Source: Planctomycetota bacterium
GTDB lineage: Bacteria; Planctomycetota; UBA8108; SXIK01
DNA: 61,894 nt
Reading direction: 5' to 3'
Assembly: GCA_016209535.1 (NCBI GenBank)
Contig: JACQVW010000404.1
Location: 1-61,894 of the forward strand
Shown here: piece by piece, positions 1 to 10,100 of the stretch
Position numbering within the stretch: the stretch's first letter is position 1
Layout of the letters: every line of letters starts with the position of its first letter
Notes under the pieces: generated by a model
Databases searched by the model: none
Seen by the model: the letters and a program-made list of their open reading frames with translations, nothing else
Told to the model about the DNA's origin: nothing
Position numbers and translations under genes: made by a program

Positions 1-1
1 G

Positions 2-559
2 CGCGAGGCCGCCCTCGACCTCGGGGACCTCGTCCCCGGCCTCGAAGGCGCTCGGGACGACCGCGCCGAGCCCCCGCAGGCCCTCGCGGCGGCCGCCGAG
101 GATCTCCAGCGGGGCCTCACGGCCTGCGAGGAGCGGCTCGCGCGGCGCTCGCGGCTCTGGAACCACGCGCTGCCCGGCGTCGTCGCCCTGGGCTGGCTCT
201 GGTCCCTCGCGTACCCGGTCGTGCGCGGCGCGGCGCGGCGCCTCGCCGGCGAGGGCGACGCGTCCTGGGGCTCCGTCGCGAAGGACGCGTTCCTCGGCCT
301 CCTCGAGGGCCTCAACCCCGCGGCGCTCGCCTCCATCGCGGTCCTCCTCGTCCTGGCGTACCTCGTCTCGGCCCTCGCGGTGTGGGTCCGGCAGGTCCAG
401 CGGGTCGAAGCGGCCGTGACGGAGGCCGAGGACGGCTACCGCCGCCGCGTCCGCGAGCACGGCGAGGCGGCCGTGGCCCGGGCCCGCGAGGCCGCCGAGC
501 GCTGGCGGGCGGAGCGGCGCGAGCTCGAGGGGCTCGCCGGCGGCCAAGGGGACGCGTAG
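2..559 (+). CDS. hypothetical membrane protein, 3' part of a gene that begins left of the window
   Basis: Frame is open from nt 2 to TAG 557-559. One predicted TM helix (ALASIAVLLVLAYLVSALAVW) followed by a charged helical tail. No recognisable family. Confidence 0.35.
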   Translation, partial: REAALDLGDLVPGLEGARDDRAEPPQALAAAAEDLQRGLTACEERLARRSRLWNHALPGVVALGWLWSLAYPVVRGAARRLAGEGDASWGSVAKDAFLGLLEGLNPAALASIAVLLVLAYLVSALAVWVRQVQRVEAAVTEAEDGYRRRVREHGEAAVARAREAAERWRAERRELEGLAGGQGDA

Positions 560-655
560 GGCGCCCCGCAGCGCCTCCGCCGCCGCGCGGCGGACCTCCG
601 GGTCCTCGTGCTCGAGGAGGCGGGGAAGGCCAGGAGCTCTCCCTGAGACCGGCCC

Positions 656-1657
656 TCAGCCCGCGAGTATCCTCTCGAGCGCGGCCTTGAAGCCCTGGAG
701 GTCTGCATGCTCGCGGACGGCCGCCTTGAGCTCGCGGAGCTTCCCCACGTCCTTGACTTCCCGCACCCGGGGCAGGATCTCGAGACCGGGCTTGCCGAAG
801 CGGAGCTCGAGCCCGAGCTCGATGGCCTCCATTAGACCCTCACCGAACCCGCGGTCGAGCCCTTCCTTGAGCCCCTCTTCCCTCCCCTTGCGCTCGGCTC
901 TTCGCTCCCAGCTCGTCACGTATGGCATGGCTGACTCCAGGTGCAGTTCATCCAGGTTCCGCTCGAACTCATCTTCCAGGTCGTCGGGCAGGGCGACTAG
1001 CCAGTCGATGAATCTCAGCAAGTGGATTATATCCTCGCGCGAGTGCCCCCGCTCCAGGAGCTTCCGCAGGAGGAACACCTTCGCGCCGAGCCTCTCCTCC
1101 CCGCTCCTGGCCTCGAGGAGCTTCAGGTGCGCCATCACGACCAGCGCGAAGGGGTTGGGGTCCCGCTCCAGGTCGGCCCACCGCGGCCTCCAGTCGAGGA
1201 GCTTCACCGCAGGGAACTCGAGCAGGTGACGGAAAGTCCACCGCCTGCGTTCGTAGCGGCACGGGCGGTAGGTGTCGCTCGAGTCGGTGAGCACGGCGAG
1301 GCTCACGACCTCACGGCGGAAGCGCTCGAAGATCCGGTGGTTGCACGTGTCGACCCTCTCCTCGAAGTTCGGGTCCTGGTATCCCTGGATCTCCACGTGG
1401 ATGAGGATCCAGGCTTCCTCCCCGCCCCGGAGCCATACGCGCACGAGCGTGTCCACCACGCGCTTCCCGACCTCTCCGCGCCGGTGAATCTTCGCCAGCT
1501 CCTTGTTCAGGAACTGAGGCTCTCGCGACCAGTCGATGTCGGCATGGATCTCGGGGAAGAAGAAGGCCAGGAACTGGGGGAGGCACCCCTCGAGGATCTC
1601 CTTCCATGCGGTGTCCTGGTCGGAGCGGGCGGTGGCCATGGTGGCATGGTACGACAC
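656..1657 (-). CDS. Rpn-family recombination-promoting nuclease / putative transposase (PD-(D/E)XK core, DUF4351-like tail)
   Basis: 333-aa ORF with the ILIHVEIQ motif typical of YhgA/Rpn nucleases and a C-terminal ERRAERKGREEG...LELRFG tail. Start is GTG 1657 or ATG 1639. Confidence 0.7.
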   Translation of the reverse strand: MSYHATMATARSDQDTAWKEILEGCLPQFLAFFFPEIHADIDWSREPQFLNKELAKIHRRGEVGKRVVDTLVRVWLRGGEEAWILIHVEIQGYQDPNFEERVDTCNHRIFERFRREVVSLAVLTDSSDTYRPCRYERRRWTFRHLLEFPAVKLLDWRPRWADLERDPNPFALVVMAHLKLLEARSGEERLGAKVFLLRKLLERGHSREDIIHLLRFIDWLVALPDDLEDEFERNLDELHLESAMPYVTSWERRAERKGREEGLKEGLDRGFGEGLMEAIELGLELRFGKPGLEILPRVREVKDVGKLRELKAAVREHADLQGFKAALERILAG

Positions 1658-1680
1658 TTACTGCACATAATCAACAAGTG

Positions 1681-1701
1681 TCTAGATTATCTAAATCTAG
1701 A
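1681..1701. promoter_or_regulatory. AT-rich perfect palindrome TCTAGAT-N7-ATCTAGA upstream of the Rpn-like gene (candidate operator)
   Basis: Read directly in the 80-bp low-GC spacer between 1657 and 1737. Confidence 0.3.
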
Positions 1702-1736
1702 CTATCCTCGGGATATGGCCTCAGTAGCCCCGAGGC

Positions 1737-2825
1737 TCACTCCCCGAGAGCACGCAGGAGGGCCGGCACGGCCTCCCGGGCCCGCGCGCCGATCCGGCCG
1801 AGGGCCCACGCTGCGTGCATGCGCGCCACCGAGTCGCTCTCCTCGAGGACATCGATCAGGGGGCCGACACCCGCGGCGCCGGAGCGGGCGAGGGCCGCCG
1901 CAGCGGCATACGCCACGCTCGAGTCGCCGCTCTGCAAGGCTCCGGCGAGCGCGGCGGCGGCCAGCGCGGCGATCGCGCTCGGATCGCCGGCCGCCACGGC
2001 GCCGAGGGCCTCGGCGGCCGCGCGCCGCTCCTGCGTGCCGCCCGAGCTCAAGGCCGCGGCGAGGCGAGGGACCGCGGCGCGGGCACGGGGCCCGAGCTTC
2101 CCGAGGGCCTCGATGACGCCCCGGCTCCCGGGGGCGCCGAGGAGCGCCGCCAGCGTGCGCGGGTCCTCGGGGGCGACCTCGACGAGGGCGAGGGTGATCT
2201 CGTCGGTGAGCTGACGGTCCTCCTCGAGCGCCTCGATCAGGGCCGGCAGGGCCTCGGCCGCCCGCGGGCCAAGGCACGCCAGGGCCTCCACGGCCACCCG
2301 ACGCAGGGTCGAGGCCCTGTCCCGCAGCATGCCGATGAGGAAGAGGACCGCCTCCCGCGGCGCCTCGTCGAGCTCGCAGAAAGCCAGGACCGCCTCCTGG
2401 TCGGATCTGCCCTCGACGAGATTCCGGAAGAGCCCCTCGGCCTCGTGGCCGCGCCAGACTTCGAGGCGCAGCAGCGCCCCCGCCGCCACCCTCCGCACGG
2501 GCCCGCGCCAGTCGGCGAGGGCCTCGGCGAGCGCGGGAGCGCAGGGTCGCCCGATCCTCGTGAGGGCCTCGACGGCGGTCTGGACGCGGATCGTCCGCGA
2601 GCCCGTGGCCTCGAGGAGCGCCGGCACGGCCTTGAGCGACCCGAGGGACCCAAGCTGGAGCGCGGCGTGCTCGCGGGTGGCCTCGTCCTTGGAGCTGAGG
2701 CGCTGCAAGTGGCACTCGGCGAGGAGGCGGGGCCACGCGACGACCACGGCGGCCACGGCGACGGCCAGGGCCTCCGCGCAGGTGAGGACCGTGACCGTAC
2801 GCGCCGTCTTCATGCCTCGGTCCAT
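1737..2825 (-). CDS. HEAT-repeat (PBS-lyase-like) protein with N-terminal membrane anchor
   Basis: 362 aa. Repeated A..AL..LG...AVPALL.AL.D motifs. N-terminal hydrophobic helix. ATG at 2825. Confidence 0.75.
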   Translation of the reverse strand: MDRGMKTARTVTVLTCAEALAVAVAAVVVAWPRLLAECHLQRLSSKDEATREHAALQLGSLGSLKAVPALLEATGSRTIRVQTAVEALTRIGRPCAPALAEALADWRGPVRRVAAGALLRLEVWRGHEAEGLFRNLVEGRSDQEAVLAFCELDEAPREAVLFLIGMLRDRASTLRRVAVEALACLGPRAAEALPALIEALEEDRQLTDEITLALVEVAPEDPRTLAALLGAPGSRGVIEALGKLGPRARAAVPRLAAALSSGGTQERRAAAEALGAVAAGDPSAIAALAAAALAGALQSGDSSVAYAAAAALARSGAAGVGPLIDVLEESDSVARMHAAWALGRIGARAREAVPALLRALGE

Positions 2826-2937
2826 GGTATACCCCCGGTGACAGGACGGTTACAGTCCACCTGGAGAGTGGGGGTACCCATGTCGTAGAGTCGGAAAGGC
2901 CCAGAGTCGGAGGGGCCCGGACCCAGGAGGCACGACC

Positions 2938-4341
2938 ATGACCTTGAACCCCGCAGCGCTCGCGCTCTTCGCCTTGCTGGCGGGATCTCCCGCCGAGCCC
3001 GGGCTCGTCCTCATCGAGGGCGTCCCGCACGTGCGGCAGAAGCCCGACTTCTGCGGCGAGGCCTGCGCGGCCATGGCGCTTGCGAAGCTCGGGCACCGCG
3101 CGGACCAGGACCTCGTCTTCGACCGCTCCGGCCTCGACCCCCTCGAGGGCCGCGGGTGCCACACGAAGGAGCTCGAGCGCGCGCTGCGCGCGATCGGCTT
3201 CGCGGTGGGGGAGGTGTGGCACGTGGTGGGGGCCTCGGCGGCCGCGAAGGACCTCGAGAGCCTCTGGAAGGACCTGCTCGCCGACCTGCGGAAGGGGGTC
3301 CCGTCGATCGCCTGCATGCGGTACTCGGCCGCCCGGGACGCCCCCGAGCACTTCCGGCTGGTCCTCGGATACGACCCCGGGAAGGACGAGGTCCTGTACC
3401 ACGAGCCCGCCGAGGAGGGCGGCGCCTACCGCCGCATGGCGCGGGGGGCGTTCCTCGACCTCTGGCCTCTCAAGTACGATCGCGAGCGCTGGACCGTGAT
3501 CCGCCTGCGCCTCGAGGCGGGCAGGATCGCCCTGGAGCCGTCCGGCGAGCGGTTCACCGCCGCCGACTACGCGCAGCACGTGAGGGCGCTCAAGCGGAGG
3601 CTCCCTCGAGGGTTCTCCCTGGCCCTCGCACCGCCCTTCGTCGTCGCGGGCGACGAGACCGCGGCGACGGTCCGGCGCCGGGCCCGGGACACGGTCGCCT
3701 GGGCCGTGGGGCGGCTCAAGGAGGCCTACTTCGATGACGACCCCGAGGAGATCATCGACGTCTGGCTCTTCAAGGACAATGAGAGCTACGAGCGGAACGT
3801 GCGCGAGCTCTTCGGCAAGTCGCCCGCGACGCCTTTCGGCTACTACTCGGCCGATGACAGGGCCCTCGTCATGAACATAGCGACCGGGGGCGGCACCCTC
3901 GTCCACGAGATCGTGCACCCCTTCGTGCGCGCCAACTTCCCGGCGTGCCCGGCCTGGCTCAACGAGGGCCTCGCGTCCCTCTACGAGCAGTCGGGCGAGC
4001 GGGACGGCAAGATCGCCGGCTTCACGAACTGGAGGCTCGCGGGCCTCCAGGAGGCCGTCCGTGCGGGGAAGGTCCCCACCTTCCGCGAGCTGACCTCGAG
4101 CGGCGACAATGGCTTTTACCGCTCCGACCGCGGAACGAACTACGCCCAGGCCCGCTACCTCTGCTACTACCTCCAGGAGAAGGGCCTTCTCGGAAGGTAC
4201 TACCGCGAGGCCCTCAGGTCCGCGAAGGAGGACCCTACGGGCTACGAGACCCTGAAGCGCGTTCTCGGCAAGAGGGAGGACGAGATGCCGGCTTTCGAGG
4301 AGGCGTGGAGGGGGTTCGTGATGGGGCTGCGCTACCCCTAG
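2938..4341 (+). CDS. secreted fusion protein: peptidase C39-like domain plus DUF1570-like HExxH domain
   Basis: AGGAGG 8 nt upstream of ATG 2938. Signal-like N-terminus. VPHVRQKPDFCGEACAAMAL resembles the C39-like Cys site. LVHEIVHPF (HExxH) lies in the C-terminal half. Confidence 0.65.
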   Translation: MTLNPAALALFALLAGSPAEPGLVLIEGVPHVRQKPDFCGEACAAMALAKLGHRADQDLVFDRSGLDPLEGRGCHTKELERALRAIGFAVGEVWHVVGASAAAKDLESLWKDLLADLRKGVPSIACMRYSAARDAPEHFRLVLGYDPGKDEVLYHEPAEEGGAYRRMARGAFLDLWPLKYDRERWTVIRLRLEAGRIALEPSGERFTAADYAQHVRALKRRLPRGFSLALAPPFVVAGDETAATVRRRARDTVAWAVGRLKEAYFDDDPEEIIDVWLFKDNESYERNVRELFGKSPATPFGYYSADDRALVMNIATGGGTLVHEIVHPFVRANFPACPAWLNEGLASLYEQSGERDGKIAGFTNWRLAGLQEAVRAGKVPTFRELTSSGDNGFYRSDRGTNYAQARYLCYYLQEKGLLGRYYREALRSAKEDPTGYETLKRVLGKREDEMPAFEEAWRGFVMGLRYP

Positions 4342-4393
4342 CGGCTCGGATCCAGACCCGGAAGGCGGGCCGGGGCCTGGCATCCGCCGGGCC

Positions 4394-5923
4394 TCACTCC
4401 GAGCGCCCAAGCCACGCCGATCCGTGCACCTGATAGAAAAGGAGGTGCTGCGTCTGGTTGAAGCGGATCACGGCCTCGAGGTGGCCCGACCGCGCCTCCG
4501 ACAGCTCGCGGGCGGCCTCGAGGACCTCGAGCTGGATGGCGTCCCCGGCCTGGTGGCGCGCCGTGACCAGGTCCATCGCCTCGCGGGCCGCCTCCACCCT
4601 CGAGCGCGCCGCCTCGAGCCTCGAGCGCAGGCTGCGCGCCTCGTCGCGCGTCCGGATCACCGCGCCGGCGATGGCCTCCTCGAGGCCCGCGTGGCGCAAG
4701 GAGGCCTCGCGCGCCTCGGCCCTGGCGCGGCGGTACCGCGCGCGGTCCCCGAACCCGAGCCCGTCGAAGCTCCACGTCAGGGCCGCCCCGTAGTCGCCTC
4801 GGTCGCCGAAGTCCCCGAAGAAGGAGCCGCGCCCTCCGCCGAAGGCGCCGTAGCCGGCGAGGAGGTCGACGGACGGGGCCCAGGGGCTCCAGCGCGCCCC
4901 CTCGAGCCGATCCTCAGCCGCGCGCTGGAAGGCCTCGAGCTCCTGGAGGTCGGGGCGAGCGGAGAGCGCAGTCTCGAGGAGCTTCTCGACCGGCTCGTCG
5001 GGGTCCACGAGCGTGACCGGCACGATGCGCTCCTCCACCGGGACGATGAGCGTCGTCGGGGGCAACCGCAGCCACACCGCGAGGTCCACGGAGGCCCGCT
5101 GCAGGTCGCTGGTGGCCTCGAGGAGGCGCTGCTCGTCGCGCGCCAGCTCCGCTCTCGCGCGGACGAGGTTGACGCGCAGCTCGGCCCTCAGGTCGACCAT
5201 GCTCTCGCTCACCCGAACCTGCTCCCGCGACCGCGTCACGGCGTCGCGGGCCACTTCCAGGCTCCCTCGCGTCTTGACGAGCTCGAGGTAGAGGAGGGCG
5301 GAGCGGACCACCGTCTCGGCCCGGGTGCGAGCGGCGCCGTGGTGCACGGCATCGAGCGCTTGCTTGGCGCGCAGGCGCTCGAAATGGGCCCCGGCGGGGT
5401 CCAGGCTCAGGCGCACGCCGGGTCCGGCCGAGAGCGACGAGCGGGAGACGTCGAAGACGTCGCCTCGGGTCTCCTGGAACCGGCCATCGTGGCGGACGTA
5501 CCCCACCCCGACGGCAAGCTCGGGCAGGAAGAGGGCAGCGGCCGCGTCCACATCGGCCCGGGCAGCCTCCAGCCGCTCCTCGAGCAGCTTGACGTCGATG
5601 TTCCGGGCCCCCGCGAGACGGAGCGCCGTGGCGAGGTCGATCACCTCCCGGGGCCCCTCGCCCGGCTCGAGCGGAGGGACCTCGATCGCAGGCTCGTCCT
5701 TCAGCCCACGCTCCTCGGCGGCCCGGGGGGCCGCGCCGGGCGGGGCGGTGGCACCCCGGCCGTCCTTCGCGGGGCCAGGTCGACCCTCCGGGCTCTCCTC
5801 GGCTCGCGGCTCCGCACGGGAAGGCGCGGCCTCCGCAGGGTCTCCACCCCCGGAGGCGGGGCCGGCACAACCTGCGATCCCGAGCGCCAGGGGAAGGACG
5901 AGCGAGCGCGAGCCCGGGCTCAT
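4394..5923 (-). CDS. TolC-family outer membrane efflux protein (lipoprotein signal LGIAGC)
   Basis: 509 aa with two OEP-type repeats. Its ATG overlaps the upstream stop as ATGA. Confidence 0.85.
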   Translation of the reverse strand: MSPGSRSLVLPLALGIAGCAGPASGGGDPAEAAPSRAEPRAEESPEGRPGPAKDGRGATAPPGAAPRAAEERGLKDEPAIEVPPLEPGEGPREVIDLATALRLAGARNIDVKLLEERLEAARADVDAAAALFLPELAVGVGYVRHDGRFQETRGDVFDVSRSSLSAGPGVRLSLDPAGAHFERLRAKQALDAVHHGAARTRAETVVRSALLYLELVKTRGSLEVARDAVTRSREQVRVSESMVDLRAELRVNLVRARAELARDEQRLLEATSDLQRASVDLAVWLRLPPTTLIVPVEERIVPVTLVDPDEPVEKLLETALSARPDLQELEAFQRAAEDRLEGARWSPWAPSVDLLAGYGAFGGGRGSFFGDFGDRGDYGAALTWSFDGLGFGDRARYRRARAEAREASLRHAGLEEAIAGAVIRTRDEARSLRSRLEAARSRVEAAREAMDLVTARHQAGDAIQLEVLEAARELSEARSGHLEAVIRFNQTQHLLFYQVHGSAWLGRSE

Positions 5924-7125
5924 GGCGCTCCCCGGGGAGCGACGTCGGGGCGGGCGGCGACCTCCTGGCCTCGAACGAGGCCTCCGCCGCCGCGGACGAC
6001 GACCCGCTCGCCCGGCTCGAGCCCGGAGAGCACCTCGGTCAGGGTCCCGTCGGTCAGCCCCAGCCCCACGGGTCGCTCCTCGAGCCTCGTCTTGCCGTCC
6101 TCCTCCTTGACGACGAAGACGAAGGGCTTGCCTCCGCGGGGAGCGTGCATGGCGGTGTTGGGGGCCAGGACGACAGCCTCGCCGGCCACGCCGCGCGCTT
6201 CGAGGGTCGCCTTCCCGTAGAGCCCCGGGAGGAGCTTTTCATCCGCGTTCGGGATGTCGAGCTCCGCGAGCATGTGGTGGCTTTCGGGGTGGACCGCCTT
6301 CGCGAAGCGTCCGGCTCCGGCCGCGATCTCTTCCGGGTTGAGCTCGAAGACCTCTCCGGGAAGCGCGTCCAGGACGAGTCTCACGAACAGGGTCTTCGCG
6401 CGGGCTGCCCCGAGGACCAGGACCACGTCCCGCTCCGGGATCTCGACGCGGCAGCGCAGCTTGTCCGTGCGCTGGACCACGAAGAGCGGCCTCGCGTCCC
6501 CCGAGCCGCCGGCCCTCACCAGGGCGCCCGTGTCCACCAGGCGCTGCGTGATGATCCCCGCGAAGGGCGCTCGCACCTGGCCGAACTCGACCAGGGCGGC
6601 GACCCTGGTGACCCTCGCGCCGGCCTCCTCCAGCTTCGCCCTGGCGAGCTCGAGCTCGGCCATCGAGAGCTCGAGGTCCGCCTGGGCCTCTTCGAGCTGG
6701 AAGCGCGTCCTGCCTTCCTTCTCGAAGAGGCTCTTCGTGAGCTCGTGGACCGCCCTCTTGAGGCTCACCGCGGCCGTGGATCTCTTGACCTGAGCCTCGG
6801 CGGTCTTCACCTCCGCCCGTGCGCCAAGGAGATCCGCCTCGTGCTCCGGGAGCTCCAGGGATACCAGGACCTGCCCCGCCTCGACCCGGTCCCCGATGTC
6901 GGCCTTCACCTCTCGGGCGTAACCGGAGATCTTGGCGAAGACGGCGACCTCCTCGAAGGCGTAGAGCGCCGCCGCCTGACGCACGACCCGCTCGAGGCGG
7001 CCTCTCTCGACTGCGCGGGTCAGGACCACAGGCGTCTCCTGGGCCGCGAGCGGAGGAATGCCGGCGCCGGTGGCCAGTAGGATACAAACGATGACACGCC
7101 GCAGGCGTTTCCGTGTTGGCACCAT
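5920..7125 (-). CDS. efflux RND periplasmic adaptor (HlyD/MFP family)
   Basis: 401 aa with lipoyl, coiled-coil hairpin and beta-barrel motifs. Sits between the RND permease and the OMF. Confidence 0.85.
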   Translation of the reverse strand: MVPTRKRLRRVIVCILLATGAGIPPLAAQETPVVLTRAVERGRLERVVRQAAALYAFEEVAVFAKISGYAREVKADIGDRVEAGQVLVSLELPEHEADLLGARAEVKTAEAQVKRSTAAVSLKRAVHELTKSLFEKEGRTRFQLEEAQADLELSMAELELARAKLEEAGARVTRVAALVEFGQVRAPFAGIITQRLVDTGALVRAGGSGDARPLFVVQRTDKLRCRVEIPERDVVLVLGAARAKTLFVRLVLDALPGEVFELNPEEIAAGAGRFAKAVHPESHHMLAELDIPNADEKLLPGLYGKATLEARGVAGEAVVLAPNTAMHAPRGGKPFVFVVKEEDGKTRLEERPVGLGLTDGTLTEVLSGLEPGERVVVRGGGGLVRGQEVAARPDVAPRGAP

Positions 7126-7161
7126 GGCTTGGACTCCTGAGCTCTGACTTCTGACTTCTGG

Positions 7162-10100
7162 CTAGGCTTCCCCCACGGGCAGGTCGCCTTCGGGTTTCAG
7201 CGTCCGCCGGGCGAGGAGGCGATAGAGGGCCGGCATGACGGCGAGCGTCAGCACCGTCGCCGCGAGCACGCCTCCCAGGATCGTCCGCGCCAGGGCCGCG
7301 TTCGCGCCGCCCTCCCTGCCGCCGAAGAAGGCCATGGGGACGAGGGCGAGGACGGTGGTCAGCGACGTCATGAGGATCGGCCGGAGCCGGATGCTCGCCG
7401 CCTCTACGATGGCCTCCTCGAGCGGCGATCCCTCGGCGCGCCGGAGGTTGGCGAAGTCCACGAGGATGATCCCGTACTCGACCACGAGCCCGACCATGAG
7501 GATCATCCCCATGAAGGCCTGGATGTTCAGGGTCGTGCCGGTCGTCCAGAGCGTCCAGCCGACACCCACGAGGCCCAGGGGCACGGCGAGGAGGATCACG
7601 AGGGGCTCGCCGAAGGAGCGGAAGAGGACCACCAGGATCAAGTAGACGATCACGGCCGCGAGCGCGAAGCCGAACCCGAAGCTTCCGAAGGACCGCCGGA
7701 AGCTCTCGAGCTCCCCGGCCTGGAAGACCCGGAACCCCTCCGGGATCACCTTCTCCCCGGCCACCTCCGCGGACCGCGTACGCTCGATCACCCGATCCAC
7801 CCCGCGCGAGACCGACCCGACGTCGTGCCCTCTCGCGACGTTGACGAAGATGTCCACCATGCGCGTGATGTTGAGGTGGGTGATCTCCGCGGGAGCCGTC
7901 GTCAGCTCGAAGGTGGCGAGATCCTTGAGCGGGACCGGCTGGCGCGTGGCGGCCGACGTTATGAGCAGGTCTTCGAGGGTCTCGAAGCTCCGGATTGCGG
8001 CCTCGCGGTACTGGGCGCCCAGGAAGTAGTGGTTCCCGTTGCGCTCATCGATCCAGAAGGCAGGCTTGAAGTTGATGCTCGAGCTCGTGGCGGTGACGAT
8101 GTTCTTGACGATCTCCTCCTGGGTGAGCCCGTAGTAGGCCGCCTTCTCGCGGTCGACTTCGATCGAGACCTGGGGGTAGTCGACCTTCTGCTGGATGCGC
8201 ACGTCCGCCGCGCCCGGGACCTTGGCGATCTCATTCCGGAGGTGCTTGGCTATCTCGGCGGCCCTCGGGTACCCCTTCGTCCCCTCGACGCGGACGTCGA
8301 TCGGGGAGGGGAGCCCGAAATTGAGGGCGGTCGTGAGCATGCCTGCCGTGTCGAAGGCGAACTCGACGCCGGGGAACTTCTCGGGAAGCACTTCCCGGAG
8401 TCGCTCGACGTGCTCGAGCGAGGAGCGCGTGCGGTCCTCCTTGAGCTGGACGAGGACGAAGGCGTCCATGGGCCCCGAGTTCCAGGTGTACGCCGCCGGC
8501 CAGTCGAGGAGGACGCCGAGGTTGGAGATGATCGTCCGGGCGTCGCTGTCCTCGGGGATCTGGAGGCGACCGGGCTCCGATCCGGAGCTCGTCCCCGCCG
8601 CCTCGGCGGCAAGAGCGACCCCGCGGCGCGAGCTCCGGAGCTCCTCGGCGATCGTCCTCTCGACCTCCTGGACGATCTCCTCGGTGACCTCGATGCGCGT
8701 GCCCGAAGGGGCCCGCACGAAGATGGTGAGCTGCCCTTGGTCGAGCCGGGGGAAGAGCTCCCACCCGAGCCGGCTGAAGGGGAGCGCCGTCACGGCCAGG
8801 AGCGAGGCCGCCGCCCCCGTGGTGACGAGCGGATGGGCGACGGTCCAGCGCACGAGGGCGCCGTAGGCCCGGTACATCGGCCCGACGCCCGCGCCGCGCG
8901 CCGGCACCGCGCCGTTCGCTTCGGGTCGGGCGACGGGCGCGAGGAACCGGGCCGAGAAGGCGGGGATGACGAGCATCGCCAGGAGGTACGAGCTCAGCAT
9001 CCCGAAGATGACGGCCAGGGCGAGGGGGGCGAAGAGGAACTTGGCCACCCCCGAGAGGAAGACGACGGGGAAGAAGACCGCCACGAAGGTCAAGGTCGAG
9101 ACGAGCACCGGGGTGGCCACCTCGCGTGCTCCGTCCCAGGCGGCGACCCGAGGGGCTTTCCCCTGGTGCAGGTGCCGCAGGATGTTCTCCATGAGCACGA
9201 TGGCCTGGTCGACCATGACGCCCACGGCGAGCGCGATGCCTCCCAGCGTCATCGAGTTCACGGACTGACCGCTGAACCTGAGCCCGATGAAGGTCCCCAG
9301 CACGGCGAGGGGGAGCGCCAGGAGGACGGCGACGGACGGCAGGAAGGCCCTCAGGAAGAGGACGATCACCAGGGCGGCGAGCGCCGCGCCGATGACGGCG
9401 GAAAGCTCGAGCTCGCCGATGGCCTTGCGGATCGTCACCGACTGGTCAAAGGCCACATCCAGCTCGACGTCGCGGGGCTTCCCCTGCGCGTCCACGAGGC
9501 GGGCCTTGATCTCGCCGATGGCATCCTTGACGCCGCGCACGATGGCGAGGCTGTTGGCGCCGGGCTGCCGGTAGACCGGGATGTAGACCTGGCGCCTGCC
9601 GTTGACCCGGACGACGTTCGTCTGGATCTGGTGCGTGTCCTCCACCGTGCCCACGTCGCGCATGTAGACCGGGCGCCCCTCGTGGAACAAGATGGGCACG
9701 TCGTTCAGCTCCTCGACGCGGCGCACCATGCCGTTCGCGACGAGCTGGTAGTCGATGGGCCCCAGCTTGGCGTTGCCCGTGGGGATGATCGTGTTCCACT
9801 TCCCGAGCGCCTCGACGACGTCCATGGGGTCCATGTTCCGCGACTGGAGGCGGTCGCGATCCACGTAGGCGAGCACGCGCCGCAGCACGCCGCCGTAGAC
9901 CGCCGGGGCGATGACGCCGGAGATGGACTGCAGGCGGTTGCGGAGGTCGAAGTACGCGATGTCGTAGAGCTCCTTCTCGCCGAGGGTGGCGCTCGAGACG
10001 GTCAGGAGACAGAGCGGCGTCATCGCCGTCGGGTCGAACGGCATGACCATGGGGGGGATCGTCCCCGGGGGGAGGTAGAACATGTCGCTCATTGCGTACG

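Noticed and set aside
1702-4410. 902-aa minus-strand ORF, and similar very long ORFs (7825-10542 +, 12216-14318 -, 35804-37552 -, 46408-48588 -, 51771-53513 -, and others)
   Set aside because: They lie antisense or out of frame to genes with clear family motifs. Their products are Arg/Pro/Gly/Ala-rich low-complexity sequences, typical of stop-codon-poor frames in 70% GC DNA.
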